A stretch of 64,000 nt of DNA from Pseudovirgaria hyperparasitica (taxonomy: Eukaryota), in assembly GCA_010093815.1 (NCBI GenBank), contig ML996569.1; one strand, given 5' to 3'. Each line of letters begins with the position of its first letter. Positions within the stretch are counted from its first letter, which is position 1. The notes under the pieces are model-generated. The model was not told where the DNA came from, did not search any database, and saw nothing but the letters and a program-made list of their open reading frames with translations. Positions 1 through 11,664 of this stretch are shown one piece after another. A program made the translations under genes and the position numbers.

Positions 1-388
1 GACTTGGAAAGCGAGCTCGCGGGTTGATACGAATCACGAGTTCCTCGCAATATCTCGATATATCGTATAGAGCGTGCATCATTCCGTCTCTGGGAGCATT
101 GCAATGTGCGGAGGTAATGTACAGCTTTCGGAAAAGCCACTGGTAATGTACAGTATCGTCTCCAACCCAGATGGAAGTGAGTTTGGACGCTCCCCTCAAA
201 TTGAGCATGTCTGTCTTTGAAAGATATGAGCGGATCAGTTTGGCAGGGCTGTCCGGGCGAAAGAGAGATATGATGCCCATGACAATCGGGCGAGAATGAA
301 TCGGTGGGCATGCCAAAAGCCGCTCAAAGCTAGATAGAATTTGCGGAGATCGTGTCATTGCTGCCGTAGACCCAGTTGACGAAGCCAT
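1..388 (-). CDS. Partial ORF running off the left edge; F-box-like hypothetical protein
   Basis: Not in the ORF track because it has no stop in the window. ATG at 388 follows an in-frame TAA and the frame is open to the edge: MASSTGSTAAMTRSPQILSSFERLLACPPIH...AKLIRSYLSKTDMLNLRGASKLTSIWV...QWLFRKLYI. The segment IRSYLSKTDMLNLRGASK...LFRKLYI resembles an F-box motif. Confidence 0.5.
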   Translation of the reverse strand, partial: MASSTGSTAAMTRSPQILSSFERLLACPPIHSRPIVMGIISLFRPDSPAKLIRSYLSKTDMLNLRGASKLTSIWVGDDTVHYQWLFRKLYITSAHCNAPRDGMMHALYDISRYCEELVIRINPRARFPS

Positions 389-1014
389 TGCTTATGAGGT
401 CAGGAAGCAAAAGAAGGTGGAAGTTTGTATTGCAGACTAGTGGAAAAGAATGTGCAAGCATCGTGAAAGTTTCGGCCTGGGGCCTGGAGGCTGTGTTTAC
501 TCTGGCAGCGCTAGAACGTCCGTGCCCACAAGTGAATCGCACAATAGGAGTCAGACCTTAACTATCCGCAGTTGCTGCATCAGGGCAATGAACGGAACAA
601 GGGACTCCCGGACGCATATCTACGATCCTTGCCGCGGTCGTGTTCGTACTGGCACGATCCAATGCTTGATAAGCCAGTCCTGTCATATTTTCACAGCATT
701 GAGTCTCCATCTCTCGAGTAGCAGTGACCGTATGCAGGATTGCGTGGCTTTTTGTTGAGCATGGCGACATATACCGTTGACGACGCTTATAGCGCTACTC
801 GTGTCAAGATACTGAGGTATGTCTCCCTCACAGCGTGTCATAGGGTGCCGTCAGGAAAAGCAGCCTGAAGCAATGTGATCCAGAGTAAGGCCATGTTTTA
901 TACGATATGAAACGAGGAATTAGAGTCTCACATCTCCAGGGAAATGCAGTGCGAGAAAAAGACGCTGCCCATAGCGGGCGGAGAAGTTGGGCAAAAGCTC
1001 TGAAAGTTGCGAAC

Positions 1015-1044
1015 TTGAGCAGCGTTTGAGCAGCGTTTGAGCAG
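1015..1044. repeat. Short tandem repeat, 11-bp unit TTGAGCAGCGT, ~2.7 copies
   Basis: ttgagcagcgt ttgagcagcgt ttgagcag read directly. Confidence 0.85.
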
Positions 1045-1972
1045 AAAAGAGCCATGGGAAGCCATAGCGAGCCTGAGTGGGATGAATGAGCGATGTCACA
1101 TTGCTGATCAATTGGAGGCATTAGCGGACAGATTGGACGAGGTGGTGCACGCATACTGATCTAGACTTAGATTTCACATATGATGATTCTACTGAGTTTA
1201 TCAAGTAGAAAACTTGTACACAAAGGGCCAAGTGAAGCTGACATGGGCAATAAGCAGCATCGAATCAACAATGCTAGTGTTTTGGTTGTTAGCAGATGTC
1301 TAGGAAACAGAGCAAGAAGACGATACATGAGATCAAAGCACTGATGAGGCTCTTTGCGTTACTGCGTAGTGTATTTGACGATCCTAAGGAAAGAAATATG
1401 TATGAAGGAGAGGATGATGTCGAGTTGTAGTTGTGTTGACAGTAGACGTGACGATAGACGTTGACGACCTGAGCTAGGGTGTGATGACGTAAGTAAGTAC
1501 TAGTCTATACCCAGCTAGCGCGTACCCCTCCACGTCAACCATCAAGGCAGTCAGGCAACAGCCCCGCTGCATTTAATGCCTGAGGCTTGAAGATTTGTAT
1601 GAGGACGTCACTCGGACGCCGGTCCTCAATTGAAACTTTTGGAAGTTTCTCTATCGATCATGCCTCGACCTCTCCCTTTGATCTCTTGTATATTTTTCGT
1701 CTCCCATTATAAACAATTGACCCTCCTGTACTGTTTGACCTCTTCACCAGAGTCTACAATCTGATTGGGTTTACATCTCCACCTTCACGCCCCGCCCGAC
1801 TCCATCCGATAACAGTCTTCGTTTTTTGTTGACCACTTGCGCCGGTCCAATCACCCCACCGTCATTGCCCGACACGGTTTAAGCCCTTCACTCGCAAGCT
1901 CTCGTTCGCTGTCGTCGTCCTCAACATCATCTCCACGAGCTACACGTTCGCCATTTTAGGCGCTTCACTCAG

Positions 1973-2048
1973 GTTCGTCTTGGCTATGGCTATTCCCAGA
2001 GCGCTTCCTCGAGTCTTGTGTGTGTCGTGCCATTGCTAATATCATCAG
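1973..2048 (+). other. Probable 5'-UTR intron of the hexokinase gene
   Basis: CAG|GTTCGT donor, TGCTAAT branch point, ATCATCAG acceptor; 76 nt long, ending 70 nt before the ATG. Confidence 0.6.
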
Positions 2049-2118
2049 TCTAGCTCTAGACATCCTGTGACCTATCCAGTCTCTCTCGCGCGCACACTTT
2101 TGACGCACTTATAACGTA

Positions 2119-3871
2119 ATGGTCGGCATGGGTCCACGAAAGCCTCCTTCCCGTAGGGGTACGTACTGAATAGGTTCGACTTGATATGGTGGCGTTCATG
2201 CTGATAGAGACAAGGGTCCATGGCCGATGTGCCAGAGGATCTCAAGAGTCAAATCAAGAGACTCGAGGAACTCTTTACAGTACCACAGGAAAAGCTTAAA
2301 GAGGTTACGGACCATTTCATTTCAGAATTGGCGAAAGGTTCGTCTCAGCTTGTTCAGGATTAGACGATACAAGTACTTACTGTCGAGCATCAGGTCTGTC
2401 TGTAGATGGTGGTAGCATCGTACGTTTCGCCGGAACCTAAGGCTCTTCCAACATTAATCGCTTCCAGCCTATGAACGCCACATGGTGCATGAACTACCCC
2501 GATGGCCACGAGACCGGTACATTCATTGCCCTGGATATGGGTGGAACCAATCTCCGTGTCTGTGAGATTACTCTACCAGAAGAAAAGGGTGAATTCGACA
2601 TCATACAATCGAAATACCGCATGCCAGAAGAGCTGAAAACTGGTTCTGCTGAAGAGCTTTGGGAGTACATTGCCGACTGTCTGCAACAATTCGTTGAATA
2701 CCACCACGAAGGCGAAGAGCTTGACCAGTTACCCCTCGGTTTCACGTTCTCGTATCCAGCAACACAGGAATATATCGACCACGGAGTCCTACAGCGATGG
2801 ACAAAGGGGTTTGATATCGATGGCGTCGAGGGCAAAGATGTGGTACCGCCATTTGAGGCAGCTCTCAAGGAGAAGGTGAGCTTATGAGCAACGTTCGTGA
2901 CCTGCGCTGACGGGATGCTAGGGTGTCCCAATCAAATTGACTGCTCTAGTCAACGATACGACTGGAACTCTCATCGCCTCCGCGTACACGGACACGATGA
3001 TGAAGATTGGCTGTATCTTCGGTACCGGCTGTAATGCGGCTTACATGGAGCATTGTGGAGATATCCCCAAACTTGCTCACCTTAACCTACCTAAAGACGC
3101 TCTGATGGCTATCAATTGCGAGTGGGGAGCTTTTGATAATGAGCACAAAGTTCTACCTCGTACTCAATATGATATTGTGATCGATAAGGAGTCACCGAGA
3201 CCAGGCCAACAAGCATTCGAGAAAATGATCGCCGGTCTATACCTCGGCGAGATTTTCCGTCTCGTGGTCCTTGACCTTCACAAGAGCAATGAGTGTAGTC
3301 TTTTCAAGGATCAAGATGTCAGCCAGCTAGAGAAGCCGTACAGCCTCGACGCCGGTTTCCTTGCTGCTATCGAAGAGTAGGTTCTCTTCTTATACCGGAC
3401 CTTATTATCACTAACATGTATAGGGACCCCTTTGAGAACTTGTCAGAAACTCATGACATGTTTAAGAAGAAGATTAACATTGATGCTACGAGGCCCGAGC
3501 TGGAGCTCTGTCGCCGTCTTGCAGAACTCATCGGGACCCGTGCTGCACGTCTTTCAGCCTGTGGTGTAGCCGCTATCGCAAAGAAGAAGAACCTTGGCGA
3601 ATGCCATGTTGGTGCTGATGGCTCCGTCTTCAATAAGTACCCGCACTTTAAGGCGCGCGGTGCCCAAGCTCTCCGCGAGATTCTCGATTGGCCAGAGAAG
3701 ACGAAGAGGTCAGAGAAGGACCCGATTGAGATCCTCCCCGCCGAAGATGGTAGTGGTGTAGGTGCGGCTTTGATTGCGGCGCTAACAATGCAGCGCGTAC
3801 AGAAAGGTGAGAATTGGGGAATCCGGGATCCAAAGGCGATTTTGGAAGCGATGAAAAGCGCCAAGAAATGA
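2119..3871 (+). CDS. HXK1: Hexokinase (5 coding introns)
   Basis: Spliced N-terminus MVGMGPRKPPSRRG/SMADVPEDL is typical of fungal hexokinases. Motifs ALDMGGTNLRV, LGFTFSYP, VNDTTGT, INCEWGAFD and EDGSGVGAAL are present. GT-AG introns at 2159-2214, ~2338-2393, ~2420-2467, ~2876-2921 and ~3377-3423. Confidence 0.97.
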
Positions 3872-4985
3872 GTGAGACCAATTTTTGTACTCAGACATTC
3901 CTAGCTATATAACTCCTGTTCACGTCGCAAGCTCATGTCTGGAACATGATTTTCCCATGCCTCTGTTCACTGCCATACTTCTGTCGTTCTGTCTCTCTTG
4001 GAACAACATCTGGGTATAGTCTTCAAAGCCAGCCATAGTAATAACATTGACAACCCATACTTGTTTAGAGACATAGAATGAACGAATACATATAAGCTGT
4101 GCGATATCTTCCCTATGTCTCTTCGTAATGTCCTCAAAACTTTTGTCGCGTATAGTCAACCGTAGTCATTTCTAAGATGCCAGCGGTTACACTCCACTAT
4201 ACGTCATCGTAAAGCCACTGGCAGCTCAGATTTCTGTACATTGCGCACTGGATGGGGACGTCTAATTGAACAGTAGCGAAAGCGGGAGCTATAGAGCTAC
4301 GAGTTGGAGCAACGAATGTATGGATGCGAAGAAGGGGAAAGCGAGGGTATCTTGCAGGAACAACAGTGGTGTTTTACGGTAGCTTCTGGCGGTAGGAAAT
4401 TTGAAGAAATGAATGTTGATGGTGACGGAACAAGCTTTGAAGAAGGATACGCTCCGAGTCATATATTGATGTCGTCTCGATCTTTTTCATGATTTGAGAT
4501 ATATATCGGCCAGTCGTATAACGGTGAAGAATGGACTCGTATTCGTATTCAAAGATTTTTCCGAAAATTAAGAGAATAGAAATAGGAGCGTTAGGTAATA
4601 TGTAATATAAATGCCGGTCGCGGTCTGTTACGACATTAACTGTGGTTGGTCGATCTCGGAGTACACTCCGACTACGTACCTGATCCAGATCATGTTCTAA
4701 CACCGTGTGAACAAAACATCATCATCACGCGAAAACGTCTGGAAAGGCTCGTGACTCGGGATGCCGCTCAGACCCCGGAGATCTGTGTCGCGCTGCATCT
4801 GCACGACAATGCCGTCCATCGGCTCTCCGCATATCCGGACCTACGAAGAAGACGGAATATAAAGACAACAGCCTGGCGCGCATCTAGTGCTAGAATCTTT
4901 TAGCAGGCTCGCGTGATTGACCTGCGTCTTCTCTATTTTCTCATCATTCCTTTCATTGACATACCAGAACACTCGGTACAGTATC

Positions 4986-6404
4986 ATGGCTTCGACGAAT
5001 CATGTGTTCCATATTCAGGACAACATGAAAACGCCGGCAAAGCATCATGAGAGCTTTCAGATGCTATGGGAGACCAAGTGGAAGAAGCCGGTATATCAAT
5101 CCATCCATGCCGGTTATCCTTTTCATGTCGGGCTCATTCTGCAATAGGCCGAGATGGGCGTATATCCATTCATGTTCGGTGCCGCGCGGGACTTTGAACC
5201 AATCGTGGAAGAGATGACAAAGGTATGCATCCGTATGTCCACTGGATCAAAACAGTGCAAGTCGAATATACATAGTGACACGACTGACTCCATACAGAAA
5301 GGCATGAAAGAGCCTTACGACTGGGATGCATATGCGACCGTATTTATCCCGTATGCCGAAGCTCTCACGAAGATTGGCGAGCGGGCTGAAGCCAACAACG
5401 AGAAGTCGAAAGCCGCTGAGTTCTACCACCGTGCCTCTGCTATCTACCGCATCGCCCGGTTTCCGGTCATACGCAGCCCGGTTCAGCAGCGCTGCTGGAG
5501 CGCCGGCAAAGCCGTCTTTCTACGGGCGCAAGCACTGCTACCGTACCCTGTTACTGAGACGCAAGTTCCGCACACGCATCGCCTTCCACACGAAGGCACA
5601 CATATTCCGGTGTACACACTCTGCCCTGATGCTCGACCTGCGCCGGTCATGGTGATAGTTACCGGTCTCGACGGCTACCGGACTGAGCTAGCCGTGTGGG
5701 CTGAGGGATGGCGTGCATTGGGAGTAGCAACTGTCATTCTTGAGATCCCAGGTACAGGCGACTGTCCAGCGGACGGGAGCGATGTACGGAGCTCCGACCG
5801 GCTCTTCAGTAGTCTTTTGGATTGGATCGATCTGCAGGACAGTCTCGATAGCAAGAAGGTGTGTGTATGGGGCTTCAGCACAGGGGGATATCATACAATC
5901 AGGCTGGCCCATACACACGCTGCGCGGCTCGCAGGTGTAATCGCGCTTGGTGGGGGCTGTCATTTCATGTTTGAGCGCGCGTGGCTGGATGAAGTCGATC
6001 ACCTTGAGTACCCGTTCGATCTGGCTGGATCGTTGGCTTGGAAGTTTGGCTATGGCGCAGAAGTGGAGAAGTTTAAGGCTGAGGGAAGCAGATTCTCCCT
6101 GCTGAGTGATGGAACGTTGGATGGGCCTGAGTGCGCGAGGCTGTTGTTGGTGAATGGTACTGAAGATGAGATTTTCCCCATTGACGATTACTACCTCGCT
6201 TTGATGCACGGTAGGCCAAAGGAGGTGAGGTTTGTAGAGGGGATCAAGCATATGGGCGAGCCCGCAAGCTTCGGCATAATTTTGAAGTGGCTGTATGGAG
6301 TTCTGGAGATTAAGGCCAATCCCATGGAGCAATTGAAAAAACTACCTTTCAAGCTCAGGTATCCGACGGGAGAGGAAGCAGAGGTGGGCTCGAACGGTCA
6401 TTAA
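4986..6404 (+). CDS. ayg1: Ayg1-like alpha/beta hydrolase (polyketide-shortening esterase family)
   Basis: MASTNHVFHI...LWETKWKKP, intron, GVYPFMFG..DFEPI, intron, RASAIYRIARFP, TGLDGYR, EIPGTGDCP, nucleophile GFSTGG, VNGTEDEIFPIDD, HMGEP. The motif order matches Aspergillus Ayg1p as recalled; ortholog versus paralog is unresolved. Confidence 0.8.
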
Positions 6405-7706
6405 TAGATAGGTGGCGGAATCTATTGAGTCATTGTTGATGCGTCCCTGCAATGCGATATACCCACCAGGTCTATCTTGTGGGCATAAGCTACTACCTCA
6501 TCTGGTGGAATTGACTCTCCCCCTCTTTCACCTCTAGATCCGTCTTTTCCACGCCAGATACCCTCGCCGCACTCGGGCCCTTGTTCAGAAACTGTTCGAA
6601 CTTTTGAAGCGACGAAGAGTCGCCTTGAGCTTCACCGACTACCTGTCATAGCGTAAGCGCTTCGTGCCGATAATGCTCACAAATGATCCGACTAAGGGAA
6701 AGAAGGAATGTGGCGGATCTGGTCGGACGCACTGAGCCATCGGAAGCATTCTTGACATAACCAGTCACGCCACACGCATTTGCTGCTTTCACAGTTTCCA
6801 TGCGGAAGCATACCCCTTGCACGCGGCCTGTAACTTTGTATGAGAACTGGTGCTGTCAGTGGCCGAACTTTGGCAAGAGTAGAAAACACGACATACTCGT
6901 TGTGACATATCTGCGATTGTCGTTGAAAGAGGGCGTTGCATTCACAAGAGAGAAGATCTGGCGTGAGATGCGCTAGCTAATATGAGAAGGTTGCTATGAT
7001 CGATCTGTGATGGTGATGTATGGCATGTCCGGTGCTCAGTGCTTCCGCGATGTGACGGTTATGGAATGACGTCGAGCTTGATCGGCGATTTCGGAACATA
7101 CAAAACGAAGCGTGGCATTGATGGGATAGGGGAATCGGCGAGTCGATAATCCAATCAAGCGCCGCGGAGAATTATAGTTCGTAAGATAGATAGGAAAGGT
7201 ATGGGACAACAGAGTGTATATATCATCTATTCGCAAAGCACATATGAATACAGTTTGTTGCGGATAGAGTAATATTCATTGTTTACAGTAATTAATCAAT
7301 CAAAGTCTCAAGATCCTGGACGCGTTCGGGTGTTGCCGCCTTGACACCCGATCGCCGTTATCAGTAGCGTGAGGCACTAAGGCTGCAAGTAGCAGTGGGT
7401 CGTGTTGGCTTACTAGGGTGTTTGGTGTCTTCCTAATGCAGACGCGCGCTGTCGTTGTCCCTCGCCTCAGGGACATCTGCAATTGACACCGCCGTAATCT
7501 TGCGTTCCATTCCTTTCCACTCCTTCACCATACCTATTGCACACTCAACGGACTGCACGAGATCTGAACGTCCATAAACACGCTATCACGACCGCAGCAA
7601 GCGATTGTCGACTGCACAAGCATTCTCCTGAACGCACTGAGACATATCCTACGCTCCAACGTGGCCCTCCAACAGGATACCTCCTTCGCAGCCGCAATCC
7701 CCAAGC

Positions 7707-9308
7707 ATGTCCGACGATAGTACTGTGGTTGCGCCTGAACGTGAACGCTCAGGCTCACCGCAGCCCTGGGTGTCTCCGACTCTTGCAATTTCAGCATGTC
7801 CTCAACTCGACCGATCCGTGTCAACTGCCTCCTCGGTCTCCTCCGTTTCCGGCCGCTCCACCAGTTCCCGCCTATCTGGAGAAGGCGTCAAGGGTTCAAG
7901 AAGAGGTTATATGAGACCGCAAGCCACTGTCTTCTCAGAATCTGCAAAGAGTAGAGAAAGTGTCATGAGCCTAGGCACGATTGCACATTTACAATACTAC
8001 TTTGCCAGGACAGGGCTTCTGGATGGGAAGGGTGCACAGCTTGCAAAGGCGCGAAAAGTCAGCGGTACTGAAGGTCCGCGGTCCCCAGATCCCATAAATA
8101 CCGATCCATACACGGAGTATCTTGCTGGTCCTGCTGGTCAAGATCCGGCATATGTTGGACCAGACACGGTACTCGGTGATACAGCTGGGGAAGATGGGCT
8201 CGTAGAATCACCCACCGACCAGTCAGATGCTGGGAGCAACTGGGACGAGCAAGAAACAGTGATGATGCCACCAACAGTCAGTACATACAAGGAACGACCA
8301 TTGTATGTGCCACCGCCACCCGACATGGGCGTCTTGCGCCGAGAATTAAGAGAGGCATTGGATGCCGCAGAGAAGGTTTTGCAAGAGGTATGCAGTGGAA
8401 AAGGAATAGAGAAAGTATCACCAGGAAAGTTATCAGCCGGCGAGACCGTCAAAGATGAAACTCAAGGATTCTATGAGATACAAGGCCTCCATGTCCTCGA
8501 TGTCATCACACTCGCAATTCGAGCTGCAAAAGTCTACTACACAGCACATGAGCAGCCACAACGACTGTACGCTATCAAATCAGAACGCACAATGCGGAAT
8601 GAACTCATGCAAGTCATGGACGCCCTCAAGCGTATGGGCATTCGAAATTTTGCTGGCGGCATCAAACTTGGTGAACTCGAAGTCATCACAAATTGGGCTG
8701 AGGGCATTGACAAGCTCCTTGCGAAAGAGGAAAAGGCCGAGCAACAGGAACACGAAGAGCGAGAGAGCTGGATATGGCGAGAGGGCGACTGGACTGGCAA
8801 GGAGCATGAGCGGGAATGGCTGTTCCTCAAATCCTTCGCCCCAGAGGCAGAACAGTTACCCCGCTGGCCTGAATCTGCCGATGAAAGTGAATTACCAACG
8901 TCTTTCCTTTCTTATTTCCAGAATGGTTTACAACTGGTCCTATTGCATAACGCTTTGGTCAAAAAGTCGCGAAGACAATTCGAAATCATCAAGAACTATC
9001 ATACAGATACGGCCAAGCCATACCGATGCGCGGAGAATTTACGATACTTTATCAAAGCCGCTGAGCTACGGTGGGAGATCAAGTTGGACATTGACGTCGC
9101 GGGAGTTGTTCATGGCACAGATGCCACAGCGTGGAGGAAATTCGACGATGCACTTCTACTATGGTGTCGACATGTTCGTGGTGCAATCATCAAAGAATGG
9201 AAAGAGCAAAGAAAAGCCAGTATGAATAGAACGCCCACGTTAAAAATCGACGATGAGCAATCCAGAGATGCCACGACGGATGCACCACCAACTCCGATTG
9301 CTGCATGA
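7707..9308 (+). CDS. Hypothetical fungal protein with possible C-terminal calponin-homology-like region
   Basis: Intronless 533-aa ORF. It has a Ser-rich N-terminus, a conserved-looking block SRESVMSLGTIAHLQYYFARTGLLDGKG, and a C-terminal FLSYFQNGLQLVLLHNALV...YRCAENLRYFIKAA. Confidence 0.85.
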   Translation: MSDDSTVVAPERERSGSPQPWVSPTLAISACPQLDRSVSTASSVSSVSGRSTSSRLSGEGVKGSRRGYMRPQATVFSESAKSRESVMSLGTIAHLQYYFARTGLLDGKGAQLAKARKVSGTEGPRSPDPINTDPYTEYLAGPAGQDPAYVGPDTVLGDTAGEDGLVESPTDQSDAGSNWDEQETVMMPPTVSTYKERPLYVPPPPDMGVLRRELREALDAAEKVLQEVCSGKGIEKVSPGKLSAGETVKDETQGFYEIQGLHVLDVITLAIRAAKVYYTAHEQPQRLYAIKSERTMRNELMQVMDALKRMGIRNFAGGIKLGELEVITNWAEGIDKLLAKEEKAEQQEHEERESWIWREGDWTGKEHEREWLFLKSFAPEAEQLPRWPESADESELPTSFLSYFQNGLQLVLLHNALVKKSRRQFEIIKNYHTDTAKPYRCAENLRYFIKAAELRWEIKLDIDVAGVVHGTDATAWRKFDDALLLWCRHVRGAIIKEWKEQRKASMNRTPTLKIDDEQSRDATTDAPPTPIAA

Positions 9309-11664
9309 GCAGCAGCTCGGTTCTGTTACGAGATTATGAGATCAAGCGTTCCAGCCAAAATTGCGTAGACGAGGACATTTGCGTTTTTCTTACACTTATT
9401 TTGATGACCTGTGGGTCTGCCTGATTCGCTTCATAGTTCGCCCTGTTGCTTTGTCGGCATTGAATTGGCGGACGAGATACCCCATTGGCATTATAGTCGT
9501 TCTTCCAGATAATACGCTTTTTAACATACAGCTAACTAAAGTTGTTCTTGTATATAGTCTTTGGGCTTTATCAAACCTTTTCTTTCTCTTCCTGCCCAGA
9601 GGAGAACTAACGTCTGTGGATGAGGTTCTGTCTAGATAGCAATGCTAGACTCTTCCATTTTGAATCGTAGTCCGCGGTAATTCAGCAGTGCGTCGAAATT
9701 CACCATGTTCCAGTCGTCGTTGTGTTTACACAGACCATGTTCGGTCTCAGATCCACCTATCAGTCTGTAGCATCGTCAACAGTGAGCATGTAAGACACTT
9801 GCCGAACCCTCTCTAAGTCCTATTCCCCAGCGATAATGTTCAACACCGGGACAGCAATGTTCAAGTTATTTGGGATTGTCTGCAGACATCGCTGTAGTAA
9901 TCTGTCAAAGTCACATTATCAATCCCATTTCCCAAGTCCGCAGCCTTAACAATATCAATTTGTACACGGGTTCACAGCAGACTAGAACGTATCGACGAAG
10001 CATACTGCGCTACCATACTGGGAATGTATGGAATTGCACCACTATCACGTGTCTATCCAAAACTTTCGTCGTGTACAATGTATTGCACATGATGGATCAG
10101 GTAATTAGGAGGAACGCCCCCTGAGAAAATATTTTGGGTATGTTAGGAGGAAGAGAGGCTCTCACAGAGGGGAGGGGTTGAGATTAAGCGCACACACTAC
10201 TACTTGTCTTTGGCCGTGCCACAGGATATATCGCTGCTGAGGAGGCTTTCTAATAGCGGATGAGAGAACGCCCAGAAGGCGTGGCGACTTTGTAGATTTA
10301 GGGGCAGGACAGTTGTGGTAGTCATACACCTAGCCAGTGTAGGTGCTGTAGACGTTCCGCCGGGATTTTGCTTGCAGGTTAGTAATTTCTTGTGAAACAC
10401 GTTAATATATGGGTATCTGATTGGGCCGTTCAACGTGTCGTCTTCCTACTGTGCCCTAGTATTTAGCAGTCTGTACTGTGTGATGATTGAGACTGTATGG
10501 ACATAGCTGAATGAAGGTAGCGAGAATATCGATCTTACTCCTAGTCCTTTGGGTGAGAAACTTCTTTAGGTCTGGATTGGCATAATAGTATTCGTTGTTG
10601 TGTGACTGGTATAACCTACGAATTGGTACTAATACATCCGAGAGGTCCTTTAGTATAAACCATTAGTTCTTACCTTCTACAGCTAACGTCAGTAATTTTA
10701 CCGTCGAGGAAGTCTAAGTTCTACCGTGCTGTCCTCTTCTCAACGTATGTAATGATAATTTATCCTAACATTAATGTTTCAGAAGGTCATCAAGTGCTCT
10801 GTTACACTTGAACTTGGTATAAAGAGATCTATTTTGAGGAGGACCCGGATGGATAAGCGAAAGATTTGCAGCATCAGGGCAACTCCACACACGAATCAGC
10901 AGAACTTTTTGCGACCACTCTTTGGGTTATGCTAGTCTACGCTATCCTCAGTTTACCAAACGTTCTATTCTTGAAGATCAGAACTCAACCTCGGCAGATA
11001 GTTATGAACGACTGATTACGAACGTGCCTTATTCTCTACTACCTAAACACTTGAAAGTAACTTGAGCTAACACTCAGAGATCAAGATGACATAAATTGTT
11101 CGCTCAGTATAACTGTTGGACAGTACGGCCAAATCAACCTTCATGTTATCTACCGAGGGCTTCAGAATAAGTGCTTGGCTTTGATTAGATAGTGATCTCT
11201 ATTATATGATCAAGTCATAGTTCTATGTGGAGCTAAGTCTTACATCCACCCTTACTAATTCAACATAGACGTATTGAAGGCCAGTCCAAGACCATGCGAA
11301 AGCTAGAATACATGCATTCATCATGATTATTCACTACTCAATGCTCCAGAATTACATCGACTAATTACAAACCCAATGTTGTACTCTCTCAAGTAGCTGA
11401 AATCTAATTGTTTCGTGGCAGAAATTTGGAAGAGTGTTTGGCTGTATCATACTTGTTGAATCATAAGCATAACATATGCAATCAATTCAATAGTGATAGA
11501 TAATAGTAGCTCAGGGGTCAAATGTCGAAAGAAATTGTTGCCGAGGATAAAGTTTCAAATATATTGAGATACTGAGACATATAGAAGAATTCTAGAAAAG
11601 GACCGACTTCGCTATGTATGGGGCTCCATTATTGTACAAAATCCTTCCCCGAAACCGTAAGTAA

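Noticed and set aside
4176..4492. GYTPLY ankyrin-like peptide and a 62-aa acidic ORF
   Set aside because: Too short, interrupted by stops and with no second repeat.
8455..9225. 256-aa overlapping ORF in another frame, and similar long antisense ORFs at 5688-6332, 34962-35615, 56500-57105 and 60054-60665
   Set aside because: They overlap well-supported genes, have no motifs and are explained by codon bias.
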